From positions 4,576,001-4,640,000 of the forward strand of contig OZ245742.1 in assembly GCA_965227295.1 (NCBI GenBank): a DNA stretch of 64,000 nt, read 5' to 3'. The notes under the pieces were generated by a model that saw nothing but the letters and a program-made list of their open reading frames with translations, was not told where the DNA came from and made no database searches. The position numbers and the translations under genes were made by a program. The DNA is from Leptonemataceae bacterium. GTDB lineage: Bacteria > Spirochaetota > Leptospiria > Leptospirales > Leptonemataceae. Shown piece by piece: positions 49,578-59,430 of the stretch (positions are counted from its first letter, which is position 1; each line of letters opens with the position of its first letter).

Positions 49578-51019
49578 TATGCCGCCTCCGTCGCCGCGGC
49601 GGCCTGGGCCCGCGGCCGGTGGTTGTATGTATAGAATGCAAAAAAGACCAGGGCGAATCCCGCCAGATCCAGAACGCTCTGCGGCCAGACGAATGTAATC
49701 AAGACCATGGCGACGAGGATCAGGCCCACGCGGAACAAACCGTAACCGAACTGAAGTTTGCGCCAGGCCGCCGGGTCTTTCGTTTTCGCGGCGTTCCGAA
49801 AGAGCAGAATGTCCAGCGGAAAGAAGATCAGGGGCGTGAGGGTGCCGTCCATGAAATGAAAGAAGGTACCGAAGCGAATGAGCGTGGCCCAGATGCCGGC
49901 CATTCCGAAGATCACGGCATAGGCCCGTTCACCCCAGATTCGATAGCGATCGAGAAAAGCGAGCGGCAGACACACCGCCAGGATGGCGATCATCACCGCC
50001 GACAGGAAGCGTTTGGAGCTATAAGTAGCGTTCCCGAACTGGTTCAGGCCGGGTGGAAAGAACGCCGCGAGAAACTCCGCATCGAAGATGCGCAGAAAGC
50101 GATGGTAGAGCAACGGATGATGATTGTGGCGATGCGGCACGATCACCCGGGTCTCACCGGCGATACCGTTTTGATGCAGGGCCAGCAGCAGATCGTCCGG
50201 TAGAAAGACCAGTTCTTCCCCGTTCTCCCGGACCAGGTCCGTATCGGGATCGAAGAGCAGGTTTTCGTTGATGTAGAGCCAGAAGTTTTCGTTCGAGTAA
50301 ACCAGTTCCCGGCCGCGCCAGGTATTCTGAGCGCCCTCGAAGATGTCCGGCGACACCTTCGAATCGTCGAAGGGATCCAGGTCGATCGGTTGGCCCACGG
50401 CCGCGCCGAGCACGTCGCGGATGTAGGTCACGCAGTTGTTCGTGAAGTTGTCGTAGTCGTAGCCGTCGCCCCGGTCCCGGACCTCGGTCAGCGCGCGCTG
50501 GATGAGTTCGTATTTCTGCTCCGGAGTGAGATTGATGTCCGTGACCATCATGCCCCGGGCCGCGGCGTCCCAGGCGTTCACCGCGCCGGCGGTGGGAATG
50601 ACATGCACGTAGAAGCGCTGTTTACCGCGCAGAAAACGATAAAGAAACTCCAGGGACGGGGTGTATTCGCCGAAATCAACGTAGAAATCTCGCGGTCCGT
50701 ACTCCTCCCCGGCAATGACCCGCAGGGCCGAGTGACCGAACGCCGTGGCCACGATCACGCCGGGACCGACCGTGACCAGTTGGAAACGGAGCCGGGCCGC
50801 CCCGGCCCGGTCGATGCCGCCGGCGAACTCGACAAAATCACTCTCCACCTGCTGGCGCCACTCGGCGATCTCCTCGTCGGTGGGCACGACCTCCTCACCG
50901 CTATCGGCCTGGGCCAGGATCGGAGACGGGGCGGTCAGAAGGACAACCGTTAACAAGAACAAAGATGTAAAGAGAACAAGGTTACGCGCGCGCTGCTTCG
51001 AAGGAACTGGAAACACCAT
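49577..51019 (-). CDS. DUF4105 / Lnb-like membrane protein
   Basis: TVGPG...AFGHSALRV, YDYDNFTNNCVTYIRD, FLPDDL; C-terminal TM bundle. Confidence 0.75.
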   Translation of the reverse strand: MVFPVPSKQRARNLVLFTSLFLLTVVLLTAPSPILAQADSGEEVVPTDEEIAEWRQQVESDFVEFAGGIDRAGAARLRFQLVTVGPGVIVATAFGHSALRVIAGEEYGPRDFYVDFGEYTPSLEFLYRFLRGKQRFYVHVIPTAGAVNAWDAAARGMMVTDINLTPEQKYELIQRALTEVRDRGDGYDYDNFTNNCVTYIRDVLGAAVGQPIDLDPFDDSKVSPDIFEGAQNTWRGRELVYSNENFWLYINENLLFDPDTDLVRENGEELVFLPDDLLLALHQNGIAGETRVIVPHRHNHHPLLYHRFLRIFDAEFLAAFFPPGLNQFGNATYSSKRFLSAVMIAILAVCLPLAFLDRYRIWGERAYAVIFGMAGIWATLIRFGTFFHFMDGTLTPLIFFPLDILLFRNAAKTKDPAAWRKLQFGYGLFRVGLILVAMVLITFVWPQSVLDLAGFALVFFAFYTYNHRPRAQAAAATEAA

Positions 51020-51184
51020 ATGCCCATATCTCTGCGCCAGGAATTCCGGAAAACCAGAAATTGGTGCGATGCACGGGGACGTCGCGCAATACCGGACGGC
51101 CGGTCAAATTGCAAACACTACATGGGAGAAAGCTTGCCTGAATGATGGAAAAGATGAGGAAAAAAGGAGGGAAGGGAAAAACGG

Positions 51185-51212
51185 AAAACCACCAGCCCCG
51201 AAGGGCTGGTGG
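51185..51212 (-). terminator. Intrinsic terminator of the TRL-family gene
   Basis: Minus strand CCACCAGCCC-TTCG-GGGCTGGTGG-TTTT. Confidence 0.8.
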
Positions 51213-51222
51213 CAAGGGTTTA

Positions 51223-51549
51223 TCAGTCACCGTACACGATGGTGCACGTGTTAGACAGAACGGATCCGAGCAGGTTGTCGGTCCGGTAATCAACAGCTTT
51301 AACGGTGGTGATACCACCAGCAGCAGCTGCAGCTTTGACGCCAGCGTCACCACCAGAGATGATGCCAACGGTAGCGCTAGCGCAAGCTTCACCGGTCTTA
51401 CCACCGAGGTCCGTCGGTTGACCCAGGGAACCTTGATGCATAACGGTGTTCTGGATGATCGATCCAGACGGGGCTTCATATCCGCCGCCGGAGCAAGCGA
51501 TAGCGATCGCTACTGCGAATGCTACTGCGAGAGCTAAAAATTTATTCAT
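51223..51549 (-). CDS. TRL-like family lipoprotein
   Basis: Lipobox IAC; KTGEAC...GDAGV.AAAAAGGIT.V..VD...CTIVYG; GGAG RBS. Confidence 0.8.
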   Translation of the reverse strand: MNKFLALAVAFAVAIAIACSGGGYEAPSGSIIQNTVMHQGSLGQPTDLGGKTGEACASATVGIISGGDAGVKAAAAAGGITTVKAVDYRTDNLLGSVLSNTCTIVYGD

Positions 51550-51698
51550 TCTTTTCTCCACTTAATTTGGGAAATTTTTATGCAATGTGAATCCTTCCAG
51601 CGCCAATGCAACCAAAAATTCTTTTTTTTTATTGCCAGGGGCTTCCCGAACGCAAATTTTTCACCACCCGCGAGAATGCGGTGTCTCCAGGCCGGCGC

Positions 51699-52532
51699 AT
51701 GACCGTACCTCAAGCGTTTTTATCTACATTTATAATAGGAACACGGGGCCCCACCCGTCTGCGACTCTTCGCCTGGCTAATTCTCCTTGTCCTTCCAGTC
51801 GGTATCATGTTTTGCACTCCAGCTCAGAAGCTGGTAGTGCCGGGAAACTTCGAACCGCGTGGTATCTCCATCGACACTGAGTTTGCGCGGCAACTTGTAG
51901 AATATTACGCGCGCATTCCGGAGGCGGAACTCACGAAACTCCGGAACACGGTTGCTTCTTTTTGTAACATTGACCGCGCCGGGCGCTTTTTGCACTACTC
52001 CAGCCGCCATTACTACCTCGGCGGCTACCAGCCCGTGGAGACACGGGGCCGGTTTTGCGTCTGGAACGCGGAAGAAGAACTGATTGAGTACGGTGAGTAC
52101 GCCGCCGACGGCCGGCTGGTCGGCCGTCATGCAACCTTTTACCATGGAAATGTCCGCAGCCTCACCGTAGCATACCCTGAACAGAATCTACGGGTAGCCC
52201 GGGCCTGGGACTACATATTAGAAAACGGAGTCAACCACGTCACTCTATCCTGGTTGCGCTTTGACTATCTTAAAGAAAATCGCTCCGTGCGGTTCCTTTT
52301 CGAACGACAAACCGGCTTGCTCATTCAACGCGAAGATTATCGCGGTTTAGACTCCGATCGCCGCAAGATCGGCCTGCGCTACATCGGCGTGCCGTCTCCG
52401 AAGGGAGATTACGAACAATGCGTCCGGATTCAGCCGAACGGGCGCGAACAGGTCATTCGGGATTTCTGCCCGATTGCGGTGGAAATTCCGGCCAACACGA
52501 ACCTGCTCCCCGCCCCCGAATACCCGAATTGA
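51699..52532 (+). CDS. Hypothetical, possible lipoprotein
   Basis: Hydrophobic segment ending IMFC; start uncertain. Confidence 0.55.
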   Translation: MTVPQAFLSTFIIGTRGPTRLRLFAWLILLVLPVGIMFCTPAQKLVVPGNFEPRGISIDTEFARQLVEYYARIPEAELTKLRNTVASFCNIDRAGRFLHYSSRHYYLGGYQPVETRGRFCVWNAEEELIEYGEYAADGRLVGRHATFYHGNVRSLTVAYPEQNLRVARAWDYILENGVNHVTLSWLRFDYLKENRSVRFLFERQTGLLIQREDYRGLDSDRRKIGLRYIGVPSPKGDYEQCVRIQPNGREQVIRDFCPIAVEIPANTNLLPAPEYPN

Positions 52533-52573
52533 AGTTTATTTTATTCCATAAATAATTAGCAGGAACTCAGTAT

Positions 52574-53083
52574 ATGTTAACAAAACTCCCCTTCCCGGTT
52601 CTCCGTCGGACTGCCACTTTGCTCGCCGTCCTGAGCGCCGCCGCCATGATCCAGGCCTGTTGTACGAAAAAGATTCGAATCCCCCCGCGGGTTGACGGCG
52701 TGCACATCACCCTGGATAACGCGAAGCGGGGCTATTATCACTTACTTGTGAACTTTGAAGGCTGCGAACTCTGCGACCAGGACAAAGAGGCGGCGGATGC
52801 GATTATCGAAAACGCGGAGGAACTGTTCGCCCTGCGCGTCGATGAGCGGCTGACGAACGAGCAGTACAACGGATACGTAGAACGCATCCAGGCGAAGCTC
52901 CTGATTGCGCGGAAAACTTGCAATACCTACGCCATCCCGGACACGGGTGCCGAACTGCCCGGCACGACCACGAAGTACACGAAATCCCAGAAGGCCCGCG
53001 ACGTGTCTCTACGCATCCAGGAAGCCCGTGAGAATTCGAACGAGGTCCTGGCCGAAGCCAAACAGGCGGCCAACGAAAGCTAA
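52574..53083 (+). CDS. Hypothetical lipoprotein
   Basis: Signal peptide ending IQAC; AGGA RBS. Confidence 0.65.
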   Translation: MLTKLPFPVLRRTATLLAVLSAAAMIQACCTKKIRIPPRVDGVHITLDNAKRGYYHLLVNFEGCELCDQDKEAADAIIENAEELFALRVDERLTNEQYNGYVERIQAKLLIARKTCNTYAIPDTGAELPGTTTKYTKSQKARDVSLRIQEARENSNEVLAEAKQAANES

Positions 53084-53091
53084 CGGCGGAT

Positions 53092-53715
53092 TCAGGAATT
53101 TCCTTTCGGCGGCGCAGGACGATCGTCTTCTTTTAAGTACGTCGTCGTGTACAATTCCACCGCTTCCAGAATGACGCTGCGCGCCGTTTTGGCGCCGGCG
53201 AATTTTTCCACGGTTACCATGCGGCCCTCGTACTCGAGGGCCTTGTAGTCCTGAAAGAACCGGCGCAGTTCCTTGAGCTTATGCGGGGGAAGATCGTCGA
53301 TGTCCTGGTAGTGATTGTACTCCGGATCGCTGGCGTGCACCGCGATGATTTTATCGTCACGTTCGCGGTTGTCGATCATGGTCATGACGCCGATGGGCTT
53401 CGCCCGCATGAGCGTCGAAGGATAGACGGCTTCCTGTCCCAGGACCAGGACGTCCAGGGGATCGTCGTCGTCACAGAACGTGCGCGGAATGAAACCGTAG
53501 TTGGCCGGATAATGAACGGCGCTGTGCAAGACACGGTCGACCATGACGAGGCCGGTGGGTTTGTGCAGCTCGTACTTGTACTTTGAGCCCTTCGGAATCT
53601 CGATGAAACAGAAGATGCTTTCCATGCTGCCGACGTCCACGGTATGCCATGGAGTACCTTCGAGGTAGTCGGGACGTTCCCAGGGTGTCAGATGTTCCGG
53701 ATCGATAACGCTCAC
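53092..53715 (-). CDS. ppa: Family I inorganic pyrophosphatase
   Basis: [38 protein letters not shown]; start approximate. Confidence 0.93.
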   Translation of the reverse strand: MSVIDPEHLTPWERPDYLEGTPWHTVDVGSMESIFCFIEIPKGSKYKYELHKPTGLVMVDRVLHSAVHYPANYGFIPRTFCDDDDPLDVLVLGQEAVYPSTLMRAKPIGVMTMIDNRERDDKIIAVHASDPEYNHYQDIDDLPPHKLKELRRFFQDYKALEYEGRMVTVEKFAGAKTARSVILEAVELYTTTYLKEDDRPAPPKGNS

Positions 53716-53823
53716 GCCGATGGTGTACGCGAAGCATGCATACGCCGCAAGCAATTAATTCACACGCAATGATCACTACGGTTTCCGCTTGCCGTTTCTA
53801 CGGCGCAAGTTAGAGTTCGTGCG

Positions 53824-56487
53824 GTGGAACGTGAGAAGCATCCTTCCCGTACCGGCAAACCCGTCCTGTGGTACCGGAGCCTCGCGTTCCTGGGATTGCT
53901 CGGCTTAACGCTGATTCCCCTCTGGGACATGGCGGGCATCGCCGTCATCATGCAGACCCGGGGTCATGACCTGGTGGTCCGCGAATCGTCCAAACTCATT
54001 GAAGAACTGGGCAACACCGCCATCGCCGAAATCGGTCGGCGTTCCCGGGAGATCAGCGCCCTCACCCGCAGTCTGGCCATCGTCGGCGAAACTCTGCCGC
54101 GCAACGAAGCTCTCTTTCGACGCGTGCTGCCCGGCGTCCTGAATTTTCACGGCGACCAGAACATTGCCGGCGGCGGCGTGTGGCCGGAGCCGTACGCCTT
54201 CGCGCCCGGTCGCGAACTGCGCAGTTTCTTTTACGGCCGCGATTCCGAAGGCATCCTGCGTTACTACGAAGACTACAACAGCGGTCGCGGTTATCATCGC
54301 GAGGAATGGTATCCCGTCGTAAAGTACTCGGAGCCCGGACAGTGTTTCTGGTCGCGCTCGTACATGGACCCGCACACGCATCAGCCCATGGTGACATGTT
54401 CGGTGGCCATGCGGGCGGACGGCGAGTTCTCCGGCGTGTCTACAGTAGACCTGAAACTCGAAGGCCTGCATGATTTCATGGAACGCATTCGCGTAAAGAC
54501 CGGCGGCTACGTCTTTCTCTTAGATCGCAATAATAAGTTCTTAACGTTTCCGTTTCCCGAGCGGGTGCGGCGCATCGGCACCGACGCGGACGGCGATCCG
54601 GTGCGAGAGTTTCTTACGGCCCGGGACTTCGCCGATGAAGAACCCCTCTTCGGTCCCATCGCCGACGCGGTGGAGGCCATGAACGCACAGATCATCGAAC
54701 TCGCGCGGCGCAGTCCGAATTACCGCTCGGAGATCGTCGAACGCATCGACCAGGGCAGCGACCAGATCAATACGGCTGAAGCGGAGTACATCGCCGCGAT
54801 CATCGCCGATCCCCTCGGACAAAACGTCGACGGAGGACCGGACGACGGCCATCTCTTTCGCAAGTTTCAGATTCCGAACGACTCCATCACCGGCGAAGAG
54901 TCCATCGTGTTCATTTTTCACGTACCGGACTCGTACTGGAAACTCGTAGCGGTAAAACCCATGTCCGAGGCGCGGGCCGTGGCCGGCGCCATCACCCGGG
55001 TGATTTTGATTTTGATTGCCGGTACGATTCTACTCGGCGTCGTCCTGGCCGCAATTCCGCTGTACCGTTTCTTCACGAAACCTCTGCGGGAGACTACTGC
55101 CGCCGTGCAAAGACTCGGTGCCCTCGTAGGCCGCCGCCAGTTCGATCAGCTCGAAGACCATCTCATCGATTACCCGAAGGACAACGAACTCGGCCGTCTG
55201 GCCGCGGTCATCAATCAACTCGCGGCGGATCTCAAAGACTCGTACTCTTCGTTGTTGGACTTGAACGCCAACCTGGAAGCCCGGGTGGACGAACGCACGG
55301 CGGAGATTCAGCGCAACTTAGAGGAAATTCGCACGTTGAAGTTTCAGCAGGACGGCGACTACTTTCTTACGGCGCAACTGCTCAAACCTCTGGGCGGCGG
55401 AAGTTACCAGAGCGAGATGGTAAACATCGAGAGTGTGGTCTCGCAGAAGAAGAAGTTTCACTTCAAACGCTGGAGTGACGAGATCGGCGGGGACATCTGC
55501 ATTGCGCGCAGCGTACGCCTGCGGGACCGGGACATGACGGCCTTCCTCAACGCCGACGCCATGGGCAAGTCCATCCAGGGCGCCGGCGGCATCCTGGTCC
55601 TCGGGGCGATCTTCAACGCTTCCGTGGAACGCACGCGCCTCTCACGCTCCATGCAACGCCTGTCCCCGGAACGCTGGCTGAAGACCATGTATCTGGAAAG
55701 CCACAAGGTCTTTCAAACATTCAACGGGTTTATGTTAGTGAGCGCCACCCTCGGTCTTGTGGACGAAGCCACGGGGTCGCTCTACTTCCTCAACGCCGGT
55801 CATCCAGGTCTGGTATTGTATCGCGACGGCCGCGCGCGTTTTCTGGAAAACCGCATGCCCGCTCATAAGCTCGGGTTTCTCATGCCCGGCGACATCCCGC
55901 ACATCCAGACTTACGCCCTGGAACCCCTGGACGTGATCTTCGCCGGCTCCGACGGCCGGGACGACCTTGCCGTAGGCCGCGACGACTCCGGCAATGCCAT
56001 TCTCAATGAGGATCTCGACCTCTTCTTGCAGCACGTCGAAAACGGCGGCGGCAAACTGGACGCGGTCTATGATGAGATTCTGAAGACCGGCGACCCCACG
56101 GACGACATTTCGTTGATGCGCATCGAGTACGGCGGCATGCATCTGCTGAAGCCCATCGGAGAACCCGACAGCACGCCGCACAAACGTAAAACGGAAAACG
56201 CGTACGCCGAGTATCGCACGCGTAACTACGAGGTGGCGGCGGAGTACGCCCGGGAGCATGTTGAATCGCATCCCCACGATACGGACTTCCTCTACTTCGC
56301 CTCGCTGGCATTCTTTCGAGCGGCGCGGTACAACGAGGCCGCTGACGCCGGCGAACGATACCGCATGCGACGCCCCGATGAGGTGCGGAACTTACGCAAC
56401 CTGGCGCGCATCTACGATCGCCTCGGAGACCCCGACCGTTGCCGGGCCATGCTGGCAGAGGCGGCGGCGCTACGGTCGCGAGCATAG
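53824..56487 (+). CDS. Cache-HAMP-SpoIIE(PP2C)-TPR sensor phosphatase (paralogue A)
   Basis: TM; Cache (EEWY..WSRSYMD..MVTCS); TM; HAMP; GGD, DAMGKS, NAGHP, GSDG, DDIS; TPR-like tail. Confidence 0.87.
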   Translation: MEREKHPSRTGKPVLWYRSLAFLGLLGLTLIPLWDMAGIAVIMQTRGHDLVVRESSKLIEELGNTAIAEIGRRSREISALTRSLAIVGETLPRNEALFRRVLPGVLNFHGDQNIAGGGVWPEPYAFAPGRELRSFFYGRDSEGILRYYEDYNSGRGYHREEWYPVVKYSEPGQCFWSRSYMDPHTHQPMVTCSVAMRADGEFSGVSTVDLKLEGLHDFMERIRVKTGGYVFLLDRNNKFLTFPFPERVRRIGTDADGDPVREFLTARDFADEEPLFGPIADAVEAMNAQIIELARRSPNYRSEIVERIDQGSDQINTAEAEYIAAIIADPLGQNVDGGPDDGHLFRKFQIPNDSITGEESIVFIFHVPDSYWKLVAVKPMSEARAVAGAITRVILILIAGTILLGVVLAAIPLYRFFTKPLRETTAAVQRLGALVGRRQFDQLEDHLIDYPKDNELGRLAAVINQLAADLKDSYSSLLDLNANLEARVDERTAEIQRNLEEIRTLKFQQDGDYFLTAQLLKPLGGGSYQSEMVNIESVVSQKKKFHFKRWSDEIGGDICIARSVRLRDRDMTAFLNADAMGKSIQGAGGILVLGAIFNASVERTRLSRSMQRLSPERWLKTMYLESHKVFQTFNGFMLVSATLGLVDEATGSLYFLNAGHPGLVLYRDGRARFLENRMPAHKLGFLMPGDIPHIQTYALEPLDVIFAGSDGRDDLAVGRDDSGNAILNEDLDLFLQHVENGGGKLDAVYDEILKTGDPTDDISLMRIEYGGMHLLKPIGEPDSTPHKRKTENAYAEYRTRNYEVAAEYAREHVESHPHDTDFLYFASLAFFRAARYNEAADAGERYRMRRPDEVRNLRNLARIYDRLGDPDRCRAMLAEAAALRSRA

Positions 56488-56644
56488 AATTGCGTGACGC
56501 CGCGCTGTTAAAACTACAACAATCAATAAAACAACCGGCGGAAATCTCCGCAGGGCGCTCAAAAATTCCCAACAACGGCTGCGCGAAATAAAAAATCTTT
56601 ACTATTGAATCCTGCCCGCTACGGAACGGTTCCAGAGGCGCAGC

Positions 56645-59374
56645 ATGAGTCAGGGCAATTCCGGAGTTCGTAAAGTTAAGTGGTATCGCAGCCTGAGCTT
56701 TCTCGGATTGATCGGGCTTACGCTCATTCCCCTGTGGGACATGGCCGGCATCTTCGTGATCATGAATACGAAAGGTCGCGATCTCGTGGTCAAAGAATCG
56801 TCGCGGCTCATTGAAGAACTCGGCAACACCGCCATCGCCGAAATCGGCAAACGTTCCCGGCAGATCGGCGCGCTGAGCCGCAGTGTCGCCATCATGGGCG
56901 AGTCCATGCCGAAGGACGATCGCATCGTGCAGAGCATTCTCCCGAACGTCCTGGATTTTCACGGCGACATGGACGTGGCCGGCGGCGGGATCTGGCCGGA
57001 ACCGTACGCCTTTCACCCGGGCAAGGAAAAATACTCGTTTTTCTACGGGCGCGACGAAAGCGGCAAACTTAAGTTCTACGACGATTACAACAGCGGCCGC
57101 GGTTATCATCAGGACGAGTGGTATCCTGTGGTGAAGTATTCGAAGGGCGGCAGTTGTTTCTGGAGCCGCTCGTACATGGATCCGTATTCCTATCAGCCGA
57201 TGGTTACGTGTACGGTGGCCATGCGCCGCGGCGAGAAGTTCATCGGCGTTTCCACGGTAGACCTGAAGCTCGAAGGTCTGCACGATTTTATGGAACGCAT
57301 CCGTACGAAGACCGGCGGTTACGTATTTCTCTTAGATCGCAATAATAAATTCTTAACGTTTCCGTTTCCGGAAAAGGTCAAGCTCGTTGAAACGGACGAC
57401 AAGGGCAATCGTACCGAGGAATTCATGACCGCCGAACGTTTCGCGCAGGACGAACCGTTGTTCGCACCCATTGCCTCCGCCGTGGAGCGCATGAACGAGT
57501 TCATCCTCGACAGCGCCCAAAAAATGGACCACTACCGTCCGGGCATCGTCGATCAAATCGACGCGGACAGCGACCAGATCAATCGCGAGGAGGCCGAGTT
57601 CATCGCCGCCGTTATCGCCGATCCCCTGGGGACCGACGACCGAAAAAGCAATCTCTACGAACAGTTTTCCATTCCCGACGACTTCATTACGAACGAGGAG
57701 TCTCTGGTGTTCGTCTTTCACGTTCCGGAATCGTACTGGAAAGTCGTCGCCGTAAAACCGATGTCCGAGGCCCAGGCGGTGGCGTCGGCGATCAGCAACG
57801 TCCTCATGTCCTTGATCGCCGTAACCATTCTGGTGGGCGTCCTCCTCGCCGCGGTGCTCCTGCACTATTTTTTCACGAAACCGATCAAAGAAACAACCCA
57901 GGCCGTGGAAGCGGTCGGAGAACTCGTCGCCGCCAAAGACTTCAGTCGATTGAAGGAGCACCGCATTGAAAACCCGGCGGAGAACGAACTCGGTCGTCTG
58001 GCAACGATCATCAACTCCCTCGGATCGGAACTGCAACAGAGCTACACGTCGCTGCTGGACCTGAACACGAATCTCGAAAAGAAAGTCGAAAAACGCACGG
58101 CGGAAATTCGCAAGACCCTCGACGAAATCCGCGAACTCAAGTACCGCCAGGACGGCGATTATTACTTAACTTCCCAGTTACTCAAACCGCTCAGCGGGAA
58201 TTACAGCGAGAACGACGCCGTAAGTGTCGAGTTTGTGGTATCGCAAAACAAGAAGTTCGAGTTCAAAAAGTGGAAAGAAGAAATCGGCGGCGACATATGC
58301 ATCTCTCACGACATTGAACTGCGCGATCGCCCGCTTACGATCCTGCTGAACGCCGACGCCATGGGCAAGTCCATCCAGGGGGCCGGCGGAATTCTGGTGT
58401 TGGGTTCGATCTTCAGTGCCACCATCGAACGCACGCGTTTGTCGGGACCGGTGCAGGCGCTGTCGCCGGAACGCTGGTTGAAGAACGCCTTCGTCGAAAT
58501 GCAAAAGGTCTTTGAAGCCTTCGATGGTTCCATGTTGATCTCGGTCTTCCTCGCCGCGGTGGATCAGGCCACCGGTACGATGTACTACATCAACGCGGAG
58601 CATCCGCCGGCCGTGCTCTATCGCGACGGCCGGGCGGCGTTCGCCGAGGAAGGCCGGCCGTTGCGCAAACTCGGCGTGGTCCTGGGCGAAGCCGGAAGCC
58701 TGCAAATCCAGGTGCTGCGACTGCAGTCCGGCGACGTGTTGTATCTGGGATCCGACGGCCGCGACGACCTGGAGATCGGTACCGATGAAAAAGGCCATCG
58801 CATCATCAACGAGGATGAGACGTTGTTCCTGCGCCATGTGGAACGCGGCGGCGGTCGGTTGCAGGACGTACTCACCGAAATTTACAACACCGGCAGACTC
58901 GCCGACGATCTATCGTTGATGCGCGTCGAGTTCGCCGGAGACACGCTTGCCGTGAGTCCCAGGACCAGGGAATTCCTGGAAGAAGCGCGCGAACTTACGG
59001 GCAAGGGACGTCATCGCGACGCCCTGTATCGCCTGGAAGCGGCGGTGGCCGGCGGCGAATCGAATCCGTTGATTGATCGCGCCCTCGCGCGGGTGCACTA
59101 CAAACTGGGTGACTTCCGACGCGCCGCGAATCACGCCGATCGTTACCTCGTCGCGCATCCGCACGACACGCGTTTTTTATTTTTCGCGTCGATCGTAATG
59201 TTTAAGGCCGGACGGTTAGAGGAAGCCGTGGATCTCGGGGAACGCGGCCGCATGCGACGACCGGGCGAGCGCAACAATCTCCTGAACCTGGCGACGATCT
59301 ACGAGAAACAGGGGAACCCGCGGCGCGCGGAGACCATGCGCGCAGAAGCGGAAGTACTCGCCGCGGATGAATGA
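56645..59374 (+). CDS. Cache-HAMP-SpoIIE(PP2C)-TPR sensor phosphatase (paralogue B)
   Basis: Same architecture as paralogue A, with long identical peptide blocks. Confidence 0.87.
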   Translation: MSQGNSGVRKVKWYRSLSFLGLIGLTLIPLWDMAGIFVIMNTKGRDLVVKESSRLIEELGNTAIAEIGKRSRQIGALSRSVAIMGESMPKDDRIVQSILPNVLDFHGDMDVAGGGIWPEPYAFHPGKEKYSFFYGRDESGKLKFYDDYNSGRGYHQDEWYPVVKYSKGGSCFWSRSYMDPYSYQPMVTCTVAMRRGEKFIGVSTVDLKLEGLHDFMERIRTKTGGYVFLLDRNNKFLTFPFPEKVKLVETDDKGNRTEEFMTAERFAQDEPLFAPIASAVERMNEFILDSAQKMDHYRPGIVDQIDADSDQINREEAEFIAAVIADPLGTDDRKSNLYEQFSIPDDFITNEESLVFVFHVPESYWKVVAVKPMSEAQAVASAISNVLMSLIAVTILVGVLLAAVLLHYFFTKPIKETTQAVEAVGELVAAKDFSRLKEHRIENPAENELGRLATIINSLGSELQQSYTSLLDLNTNLEKKVEKRTAEIRKTLDEIRELKYRQDGDYYLTSQLLKPLSGNYSENDAVSVEFVVSQNKKFEFKKWKEEIGGDICISHDIELRDRPLTILLNADAMGKSIQGAGGILVLGSIFSATIERTRLSGPVQALSPERWLKNAFVEMQKVFEAFDGSMLISVFLAAVDQATGTMYYINAEHPPAVLYRDGRAAFAEEGRPLRKLGVVLGEAGSLQIQVLRLQSGDVLYLGSDGRDDLEIGTDEKGHRIINEDETLFLRHVERGGGRLQDVLTEIYNTGRLADDLSLMRVEFAGDTLAVSPRTREFLEEARELTGKGRHRDALYRLEAAVAGGESNPLIDRALARVHYKLGDFRRAANHADRYLVAHPHDTRFLFFASIVMFKAGRLEEAVDLGERGRMRRPGERNNLLNLATIYEKQGNPRRAETMRAEAEVLAADE

Positions 59375-59430
59375 TGCCGCGAGCGCGCGGCGTTTCAGGC
59401 GACGCGGTCGCGCGGTCAGCGCGCCATACG

